Assembly: GCF_006345805.1 (NCBI RefSeq)
Contig: NC_042997.1
Coordinates: forward strand, 190,030,001-190,094,000
Length of the DNA: 64,000 nt
Reading direction: 5' to 3'
From: Octopus sinensis
Lineage: Eukaryota
Shown: positions 53,600-64,000 of the stretch, one piece after another
Numbering within the stretch: the stretch's first letter is position 1
Layout of the letters: the number at the start of each line of letters is the position of its first letter
Notes under the pieces: model-generated
Seen by the model: only the letters and a program-made list of their open reading frames with translations
The model's database searches: none
What the model was told of the DNA's origin: nothing
Translations under genes and position numbers: made by a program

Positions 53600-54309
53600 C
53601 GATTAAATAATTAAATTTAGAAAAATTAAAAGAAAAGTTTTTTTAAAGGAATATTTGTATAGTGTTCAAATATAAGTTGGATTTTCCCTTGTTTCTGCCT
53701 TTCTCTGTCTCTCTTGTTTACACTTGTGGGTTCGAGGTCGTTGTATATATATATATATATATATATTATCTGCAAATAGGAAAAATTAAGAAGTCATAAT
53801 TAACACTTTCCCCTTCTAACTCCACTGGATTAGCGCTTTAATACACACTTTGGCAAGACTGTGCTAGAAACTATTAATGTCACTTATTTCAATTACTCTT
53901 ATGCATTGAACGATGATATCGTTTTTGTTTATTACAAATTAATTTTCGTGTTAACAAATTTTTTTATTATAGTAAGTATTTAACTAATGGGGTCTGGTTT
54001 TGTCTTGTGTTTTCACCAATCGTTAGGTCATGAAGGCAAGTGTTCCTAATGAGAAACATTAACGACAGAATAACCAATAAGTGTTGTAAAACACTCTTTC
54101 TGCTACCATAAGCTAATTTGTCAAGATGTCAATATTGATTAACGATAGCAGTAAGGAAAAATAGTAAAAACTGCTGACTAAAGCGTAATGCAATGTAATA
54201 CTAAATAATTTCTGCAATCATCCGTATTCGCCAGAATGGTATATTAACTATATGTATGAGTTATAGACTTTCAATAAACTCTGGAGTATAATTTTCTATT
54301 CTCTTGTAG

Positions 54310-54380
54310 CTTATATCACTTATGTTATTCACAAAGTTCAGGAAGATACGGGCATCGCGAAAACCATTTCCATGCAATTG
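54310..54380 (+). CDS. Candidate plus-strand exon (71 nt), frame undetermined
   Basis: Strong acceptor ttttctattctcttgtag and donor TTG|gtatga; all three frames open. Confidence 0.3.
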
Positions 54381-55368
54381 GTATGATGTTTATGTGTGAA
54401 AATGAATCAGAGTTTGAAGCGGTGATTCAGTTCAGTAAGTTGTAACCCTTTCATTTCACTGACATTCCTTAGAAAGCAACAATTGTCTCTCATTTTATAT
54501 ACACTTTTTTGAAAGCTTTTGGAAATGTTCTGCTTCATTAAAAAAATTTTCTGTTTGATGTGAATTTGCTAAAAATATGTGAAAACTGTATTAAAACATT
54601 TTACATCCCTCAACAGTATTGAATTGAATTTTTATTGTTGTTTGTCGTTTTTATTCAAAACGATCTATAAGCATCACATATGTTTCATTATACTGGAAAT
54701 GTATTCCATTTATTGTATTACAAAAGTGTAACAAAACATTTGGAAGAAAAACTGCCCATTTAGAAAAAAAATGGTAGCAAATGAAATTTTAATTTTTTAA
54801 ATATTTTATTTCATCAGTTAAGTCACCATAATTGAAAGGAATATCGTCTATTATAATTACATGAGGATTATATAAAACCTTTTAAATATTTAATCAAGCT
54901 TTTAATTTAAAAAAAATATTTTTTGACATCGTAAATAAATTGAAAGTGCTTGAACTAGTTTCAATTCTTTGCAATACTTTATGTGTACTTATATCTTCGG
55001 TTTACGCTGATATTTTCTTTACTTATGGGAATTTCTAATTATTAGGACATTTTTCATAGCTTTTTATTACTTCGAAATTTATTACGAAGTAACTTATTTT
55101 GTATAAAACCCAAATCCTAGTATCAAATATAGTGGAAATAAAGATTTATTTACTGCGAATAAATGTGTTTCAGAGACATTATCAGGACAAAAAAAACTAC
55201 TGTAGTATTTGACAAAGATTGGAAAAATATTTCGAGAGAATAAAGCAATCGGAGATTTTTGTATAATTAAAATAGCATTAGTCAACATTAGTCATTGAAA
55301 TCACAAGTTACCCCATGGCTAATTTGGAACACATCATCTTTGATTTTTATAATTAGACATAGCTATGG

Positions 55369-55399
<31 letters not shown>

Positions 55400-55401
<2 letters not shown>

Positions 55402-55810
55402 CTGTGTGGTAAGTAGCTTGCTTACCAACTACATGGTTCTAGGTTCAGTCCCACTGCGTGGCTTCTTGGGCAAGTGTCTTCTATTATAGCCTCGGGCCGA
55501 TCATATCCTTGTGAGTGGATTTGGTAGACGGAAACTGAAACAAATCCGTCATATATATGTATATATATGTGTGTGTGTGTGTGTGTATTTGTATGTCAGT
55601 GTTTGTCCCCCGCCCCCCGCCAACATCGCTTGACAACCGATGCTGATGTGTTTATGCCCCCTAAATTTAGCGGTTCGGCAAAAGAGTCGAATAGAATAAA
55701 GTACTAGGCTTACAAAGAATAAGTCCTGGGGGCGATTTGCTCGACTAAAGGCGGTGCTCCAGCATGGCCATACTCAAATGACTGAAACAAGTAAATGAAT
55801 AAAAGAATAA
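55400..55810 (+). mobile_element. SINE family B
   Basis: Family match. Confidence 0.88.
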
Positions 55811-55814
55811 AGGA

Positions 55815-55854
<40 letters not shown>

Positions 55855-55857
55855 TAT

Positions 55858-55926
<69 letters not shown>

Positions 55927-56004
55927 AAAAGCTAAGCAGAGTTAGCGGTTATAGTTAGTGACTAAGGGATAAAAATATCCGTATTTACTATCGGTATCAG
56001 TTAC

Positions 56005-56104
56005 CTGTGCTATTCCTGGGCTTGGGTATGCAGGCACACTATGCTGGTTTGGTACAGGTAACAACAGAATAAACAGAAGTTTATCAGGAATAAAATTTAA
56101 ATAA
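56005..56104 (-). CDS. Candidate internal exon (100 nt)
   Basis: Acceptor ccattttctag, donor CAG|gtaact, frame YLNFIPDKLLFILLLPVPNQHSVPAYPSPGIAQ. Confidence 0.3.
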
Positions 56105-57654
56105 CTAGAAAATGGAGAAAACTTTTGATCAACAAACAAACAAACAAATAAGACCACATCTGTAGATTTTATTTTAATATAAAACATGACATAACATTTC
56201 TATGACAACAATTCTTACGGCCGTTTCTGCTTCCAATGCCTCTCGGTACTTACAAAAGAATTATGAAAATAATATTCGTCATCTTCTTAGGATATTAGAT
56301 CTAGTACATGAAGCTTCATCAGAGTGAATACAAATGCGTAAAATAAAATATACGAAAGGAAGAGAGAATAGGAAAGAAAATGGCCTTGAGAAGAGGCCAG
56401 GAGGTTCAATAGATAAAAATCATGCCTTCTTCCAGCGTAGAGCTTCGAAGTCGATAGGCAAAATAGTGATCTAACAATGGTCTAGGAAAATATTTACGGG
56501 TTATTTCTATATAAAGTGGGAACCAGGATGTTTGAAGAGTAGTGAAATGAAGTTAGCACTAAATTATGGCAAGAAATTACTAACATGTCTAGAAAAAGAA
56601 TAGCACTTATGTAATAGTAAATAGGGTTAGTCAATATTTATCCAAAAGCAAAACCGTAGGGTTCTTATAATAGTGTACTTACTGAAATATTGTAGAGACC
56701 ACTACCTGTTGCCCGCAATGGAATTGACCAAAGTCAACTGGTCAATTACATTTGAACTAAGGGCAAAAGTTAAAACCGTTTCAAGGGATATGTAAATAAA
56801 GAAGAAAGTGAACCAGTAAAAAAAGGGTGCTGGAAAGAAGACTATGATATAAGCGACTATGGTTTAAGCGATTAATTTGGAATTAGACGCTGAAAATCCA
56901 CCAGAGTACACGGTCGCATTTTCGCAGAATCCCGGACTTTCGTGAAATACAAAAAGCGTTCATAGCAAAATGTATGTAATCTTTATATAATTCATGCTAA
57001 ATCAATAACGAAAACTTGTAGCAACAATGTTTAAGAGATATCTTACGAATTATGTAAATTTAATAGTAGTTTACTTATTTACGGGACAGTTAAAATACGA
57101 CAACTCTCTTTATATTCTTTATGCTTGAGAATCACCTGAGACTGGCAGTCAGTCATAACTTTATTAAATGGGTGAAACAGCGAAATCTCTTGTTATATAT
57201 TACATCAATATGTTGTGGTAATAGCAAGTTTTGATGTGGTATTAAATGAAATAGTTGTTAGTCATTAGGAGTTAAATGTAAAAGTTTGTTCAAAATTTCA
57301 TACAGTTATATTTCAGTTTTAATGTAGTGTAAAATTCGTTGCATAATCTTGCGTTTAGTTAACGAAATCGATGAACCATGAAAGAAGGAAAAAAAAAAGA
57401 GAAATTCTGAAAAATGTGTATATGTTTCTTCCTGTACCGCATAAGTTTTTACTTAATCGATTATTTATGGCTTGATTTCATGTTAATTATATGTACAGCT
57501 CGTGTCTACGTTTTACTTCAGGACGCACGAAAATGTTAGTAGACTCCAGTAGTTTCGTTAAAAAGCGATGAGCAATATAAAAACATGCATATATATATAT
57601 GCATTATCTATCTATCTATCTATCATCATATATATATATATATATATAATATAT

Positions 57655-57723
<69 letters not shown>

Positions 57724-57795
57724 ATATCTATCTATATATATATATATATATATATATATGCATATAATCAAAATAAGCAACAAGAATGACACCGG

Positions 57796-57888
57796 TAATT
57801 TGGTACGATCGTTTCGTACTACATCATTTTATTAAATGTTCTAAGTATTACGACAGATTTAAGATGCTGAGTACTCATCAGCCAATTA
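57796..57888 (-). ncRNA. Type I hammerhead ribozyme in a solo element between (TA)n tracts
   Basis: UAAUUGG-CUGAUGA-GUAC...GUAC-GAAA-CGAUCG-UA-CCAAAUUA. Confidence 0.85.
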
Positions 57889-58397
57889 TAGAGGTTTTCC
57901 ATTAATACAAAAATTTTCAAATTAAGTAGCAACATTATAGAGAAGGTAGATATATAGACAAAGATGCAGATTTAAATGTTAAGAACATATGAGGTAGTAG
58001 AGTCCACTGAATGACTAAAAAATATATATACATATATATACATATACATATATATATACATATACATATACATATATACACATATACATATATACATATA
58101 CATATATATACATATACATATACATATATTTATACACATATATATACACATATATATACACATATATATATATACACATATATATACACATATATATACA
58201 TATATATACACATATATATATATATACACATATATATATATACATATATATATATAGAAGTAAAAATATGGCACAACGAAGTACCGATATTTACTGGAAA
58301 ATAGCGAACGTAATAAATACGACGCTAATGTATAGCTTCACCGCGTATGTACTAGCGAAAATGCTTGTGTGCAACAAAATTGAAAAAATTGTCTTAC

Positions 58398-58561
58398 CTC
58401 CAGGGAGAACATCTGAAAGACGAAATACATAGAAAGGGATAATGTACCGGTTTCAGATTTTTCAAGATATGTCTGCACACATATACTTGATTTATCTTCA
58501 TCAGCCAACATATACCTCGACAACATTTCAGATGTTGCCACATCAATGCCAATACACTCGA
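58398..58561 (-). CDS. Candidate internal exon (164 nt), product unknown
   Basis: Acceptor ttttcag, donor GAG|gtaaga, open frame [23 protein letters not shown]...QMFSLE; overlaps an HHR-like motif, so ambiguous. Confidence 0.35.
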
Positions 58562-58608
58562 CTGAAAACGCCAAATATATATATATATATATAAACGCCA
58601 TATTATAT

Positions 58609-58651
<43 letters not shown>

Positions 58652-58762
58652 TAATTAATAATTTTTTGCCCCATATTTATAATATATATATATAAGTGCA
58701 TGCCTAAACATACACATATACGTATATATACACACACCACACAGATATATATATATTTATAT

Positions 58763-58817
<55 letters not shown>

Positions 58818-59574
58818 ATATATATAATGGATGGATGTATATTATCCACAATACGTATAAACGTCTATAATCATTTTCTTCATCATTCGGTGTTAAAGAA
58901 GTTAAAACGAAGATAACAGAGGAAAGATGATTAAACTGAGAATTCTAATTGCGCTACATTGTTGAGAAAGAACATTATTACGTCAATATGATCTCTACGA
59001 TGAAAAATTGATAAGAATACGTGAGAAGCATTCCTATATAAAATTGATTACATTGAAATAAATAAGAAAAAGAATTCTTCTGGTTTAAAGAAGTTGTGGA
59101 TGATGTTCAGGGCATTTTCGCCAAGATTGTTGGTGATTCTTAGTTCATGTGTTATTATATATCCTGCCTCCTCTTTTAATATCATTGCGTTCTTGTTCAT
59201 TCTTGAAAGCGTTCTGTCCAAGATAAGCCTTAAGCAAACAGACTGTGTAAGTCGGTCACGTTGTATTTGTGCAGAGAAATAGAATATCGAACAGTCATAT
59301 TATTCTCTTTATTAATCGTATGAGTCTACGATCAATATTTGTATAATTAAAATGACCGACACATACACTACGTGTGTATGTGTGCGTGTGTGAAAGCGTG
59401 TGGTTCAGTAGTTCGTGTATCGTGCTCATTTTGTAAGATTGTGGTTTCGAATCGTGAACCAGGTGAAGTGTAATGTTTGAGGAGAACACTCTTTTCACTT
59501 TGCTCCCGTGCACTCAGCTGGCAAATCGAACATTCATGCGACGGACCAGCGTCACATCCAAGGCTGGAGTGATT

Positions 59575-59640
<66 letters not shown>

Positions 59641-59729
59641 ATATATATATATGCGAACAGCATCCCGGAAGCCGGCCCTTGAAACGTATGGCTCTGGAAT
59701 GTTATTTGATCCTCTTGAGTGGCACAGTC

Positions 59730-60032
59730 GGCAAGTGCCTTCTACTCGGGCCGACCAAAGCCTGGTGAATGGATTTGGTAGGCGGAAACTGAAAGAAGTC
59801 CGTCGTATATATATATATATATATACTTCATTTAAAAGCAGCAGAAAATTCAACAAAACTGTTACTCTGAGTATCACGTTCCTGTTCGTCGACAGTTTTT
59901 TTTCTAGCAAAATCTGTCCGACGAACGGGAACGTTGAATTTACTGCTGCTTTTAAATATAGCATATTACTCTACCCCTGGTAATTGAGTACTCTTTTTCC
60001 ACCTTGTTTCACATTTATGTGTTTACTCCGGT

Positions 60033-60082
<50 letters not shown>

Positions 60083-60335
60083 TGTGTGTGTGTTGTGTGT
60101 GCATATATGTATGTGTTGTGTATGTGTGTGTATATGTTTGTGTGTCTGTGTTTGTCTCTCAATATCGCTTGACATCGATGCTGGTGTGTTTACGTCCCCG
60201 TAACTTAGTGGTTCAGCAAATAGACCGATCGAATAAGTACTAGGCTTAGAAAGAATAAGTCCTGGGGTCGATTTCTTCGACTAATGGCGGTGCTCCAGCA
60301 TGGCCGCAGTCAAATGACTGAAACAAATAAAAGAG
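59730..60335 (+). mobile_element. SINE family B, interrupted by the 59820-60035 foldback element
   Basis: SINE halves flank the (TA)n containing the insert. Confidence 0.75.
59830..59957. repeat. Foldback with relic hammerhead halves
   Basis: atttaaaagcagcag/ctgctgcttttaaat and acgttcctgttcgtcg/cgacgaacgggaacgt inverted pairs. Confidence 0.75.
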
Positions 60336-61077
60336 TGATTGGAAGTGTTACCACATATTTGCTTGTCAGTTGTTTGACCTTAAGCAGTTGAGCATGGCCC
60401 TTAGTGGCTGCTGATATGTGCATCTCTGATCATGAGCAGAAATAGTGGGGGAGCATCATAGCCATATATTCAGAGAAATTCTATGGGGTTTGGATAATTC
60501 ACCGTTGAAAACACATCCTTAAACAACCTTTATTCAGGGACCTTTTTGAGCAGGATGGGAAAAGTGCGCAAAAATCTCGAGAAGTACGTGGAAAAAAATA
60601 GGGGCTGCAGTAAGGGTGGAGCACTTGCAGAAAACAGCACTGCTTGGAGCCGCTCGAATACTCCGGAAGGTGCTTGAAAAATAAGAGGTGTTACCTGAGT
60701 TAACAAGTAGTGAACTGTCAACACCAGTGTAGTAATTTCCAGCGTTAGAAGCTGTGCAAAGGCAATAATAATATTAATAATTAATAATAATAATAATATT
60801 AATCAAATAATAATAATAATGCTTCGTATATTTTACAATTGTCAATTATATTATGGTCCGGCCTACGTATCAATAACAGTGTCAAATAATATAGATAATA
60901 ACATAATACAACAATAATAATGATGATAATAATAACAATAATTAATAACTAACAATAATAATAACTAATACGACGAACGACGACGACGACGACGACGACG
61001 CGACGATGATGATGATATGATAATGAATATAATATAAGAATAATAATAATATATAATAATATATAATAATAATAATA

Positions 61078-61392
61078 TATAAACCTAACTCAGATACCAG
61101 GAACCCAAAATGGCAGAAATTCAAAAGATAGTGCTCATGGGAACTGCTCATATCCTACGCAAAATACTTTCTATGTAACCTCAAGTTTTAAAACAAACAT
61201 AACTTTCGTTTTTCTTTAGGCATTCACTAGTACAACACTAAATACAAAACCAAATATATGGCACAGTAGGCATAACAACAATACGAACTTCCAACCTGTT
61301 GCCTCTTGAGGTCTCTGGGTGAGACTTGGAGCCAACTTGTACAAATATAAAGCAAAATCAAACATAGAATAATAATAATAATAATAATAATG

Positions 61393-61448
<56 letters not shown>
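61078..61448 (+). mobile_element. R4/Dong-like LINE 3' end with 3'UTR and (TAA)n tail
   Basis: NLTQIPGNPKMAEIQKIVLMGTAHILRKILSM* followed by UTR and (TAA)n. Confidence 0.75.
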
Positions 61449-61449
<1 letters not shown>

Positions 61450-61689
61450 TGATTAAAATAACGAACTCTAAAGAACCAATATAACCCCAGTGAAGTACGA
61501 TAACACGAAGCCATATAACTTAAGAAAACCGTACAGAAGTAACCCCAATAAAGCTGACACCAACAATAATAAAAAATAAAAATAACTATGGAAAGAAATA
61601 TAATAACCGTATTAGCAACTTTACACTCTACACGAACACTGAGGATAGCATCTACAGCAAAAATAATAATATTAAAAATAAACGAAATA

Positions 61690-62030
61690 GCGATATGATC
61701 AGGTTAATAATCCCTTTTGCGATGCAGCTTAAATCTAACAGAGTTCACTCCATAATGAGACTTATAGTTAAGCCCTTGAACTTAAATAACAAATACTCAG
61801 GAATCTTTAAGAATAAAATTAGAGTAGTCCAAAACCTAACTAGTGACCTAGCTACCATCATAGCCACGATCAACAATAATAAGCTACACGTCTTCTACGA
61901 AAGTAGGAAAAATACCAGTATAAAATATAACTGCCTGCAGGCAAATGGAATAAATCTCATCCCTAATAACTCGCCCTTGAACAATACGGACAACGACCTG
62001 ATAAATTATAAACCTCGCCTCACAACATAA
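61690..62030 (+). mobile_element. Possible degenerate PLE linker-region fragment
   Basis: IIPFAMQLKSNRVHSIMR loosely resembles the PLE linker; weak. Confidence 0.3.
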
Positions 62031-62094
62031 CACAAGCATAAATAAACTGAATAATTCATGTGGCTGCAGAGACAGAAATAAGTGTCAATTTTAA

Positions 62095-62697
62095 GGCGGC
62101 GAGCTGGCAGAAACGTTAGTACGTCGGGCGGAATGCTTAGCGGTATTTGGTCTGTCATTACGTTCTGAGTTCAAATTCCGCCGAGGTTGACTTTGCCTTT
62201 CATCCTTTTGGGGTCGATTAAAAAGTACCAGTTACACACTGGGGTCGATATAATCAACTTAATCCGTTTGTCTGTCCTTGTTTGTCCCCTCTGTATTTAG
62301 CCCCTTGTGGGTAGGAAAGAAATAGGTATTTCGTCTGTCGCTACGTTCTGAGTTCAAATTCTGCCGAAGTCGACTTTGCCTTTCATCCTTTCGGGGTCGA
62401 TAAATTAAGTACCAGTTACGCACTGGGGTCGATGTAATCGACTTAATACCTATGTCTGTCCTTGTTTGTCCTTTCTATGTTTAGCCCCTTGTGGGTAGTA
62501 AAGAAATCGGTATTTCGTCTGTCTATACGTTCTGAGTTCAAATTCCGCTGTGGTTGACTTTGCCTTTCATCCTTTTGGGGTTGATTAAATAAGTAGCAGT
62601 TACGCACTGGGGTCGATATAATCGACTTAATCCGTTTGTCTGTTCTTGTTTGTCCCCTTTGTGTTTAGCCCCTTGTGGGCAATAAAGAAATAAGAAA
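62095..62697 (+). mobile_element. SINE, Nin-like family: one head plus three tandem ~183-bp bodies
   Basis: ggtattt.gtctgtc..tacgttctgagttcaaatt recurs at ~62140, ~62325, ~62510. Confidence 0.85.
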
Positions 62698-63362
62698 TAA
62701 GTGTCAATTTTCCAATAGGTGTCAAACAAAAAACGTAACATACCACTGTAATGTACTCGCAAATAACCATACACAACGAACGCACACGCACATACTACAT
62801 ACATACATACATACATACATACATACATACATACATACATACATACATACATGCATATATATATATATGCATACACACATACATACATGTGTATACACAT
62901 GCACGCTGACGCACACACATGCGCACAAACAACAAACAAACACATCTCCGATAACGGACAGAGTCAAAAATTTTGAAGAGGTTGAAAGAAGCAACGAAAA
63001 TTATATTAGAAAAAAAAGTAAATGAGTGGAAATCGAACCGGTGTGTGTATTAACAAGGCATTCAAACGGAATGACTCGCCTCAGGCACAACAAAATATGA
63101 TTCAACACACGAATTCACATAAAGAATCTTGCAAACGAAATACAAAAACGAAATACAATAAGCTTTGGTGAAGCTAGCAAGACACTGAATGATACTGTGT
63201 TCTGCTGTCTAAAAATCAAAGTAGCTACTCGACAGCTCCACATCATTAAAGCATGTATCTTATCCAGACTATACTCGGAATCTCTAAATCTGGCTTTCAA
63301 GCGGATAGGACTCACAGAACATCAAGTAATACGATTTTACAAAACATGAAAAAGAAAATATA

Positions 63363-63760
63363 AGTGGCTGTGTGGTAAGTAGCTTACTTACCAACCACAT
63401 GGTTCCGGGTTCAGTCCCACTGCGTGGCACTTTGGGAAACTGTCTTCTACTATAGCCTCGGGCCGACCAAAGCCTGGTGAGTGGATTTGGTAGACGGAAA
63501 CTGAAAGAAGCCCGTCGTATATATGTATACATATGTATGTATGTGCATATGTTTGTGTGTCTGTGTTTGTCTCCCCAACATCGCTTGACAACCGATGCTG
63601 GTGTGCTTACGTCCCCGTAAGTTAGCGGTTTTGCAAAAGAGACCGATAGAATAAGTACTAGGCTTACAAAGAATAAGTCCTGGGGTCGATTTGCTCGACT
63701 AAAGGCAGTGCTCCAGCATAGCCGCAGTCAAATGACTGAAACAAGTAAAAGAGTAAAAGC
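63363..63760 (+). mobile_element. SINE family B
   Basis: Full length. Confidence 0.9.
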
Positions 63761-64000
63761 GTATATATTTATTTACTTGTTCGAACGTAGTGAGTGTGTG
63801 TGTGAGTGTGTAAATATATTTCATACTAAGGGAAAATTATGATTTTCAAATCCTTCCTGAGTACCTTCCCGATAAATCTAAGATATAGTTTTTCCGGCGA
63901 GAATCGAAATCTCGCCATGTCCCCCACGGACTGAAAGCCTGTCGTTTTATTCTACAACATTCACTTTTTCATAAACAGAACAAATATTGACTTATTGCAT

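Noticed and set aside
56200-56900. Possible degenerate transposase or membrane-protein exon
   Set aside because: Multiple stops on both strands and no diagnostic motif I can name.

Overview
AT-rich, repeat-dense animal DNA, probably cephalopod/Octopus (inferred from the microsatellite load and SINE types; not verified). No complete protein-coding gene is supportable, only a few candidate exons. The window holds tRNA-derived SINEs of several families, R4/Dong-, RTE- and CR1-like LINE fragments, Penelope-like (PLE) GIY-YIG fragments, mariner/Tc1 relics, a small Helitron and many microsatellites. The main result is a hidden ribozyme system, found by manual motif and base-pairing inspection. The 8.65-kb tandem array at ~37975-46630 has 17 units of ~505 bp, and each carries a minimal type I hammerhead ribozyme (HHR) motif on the minus strand. 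About ten other, sequence-unrelated short elements also contain intact or decayed HHR motifs. These include U3-A8 compensated and U4C cores, many elements sit in or beside (TA)n tracts, and several form head-to-head inverted pairs. This looks like a diverse PLE-associated/retrozyme-like population. No catalytic activity or expression has been shown; those claims are predictions.
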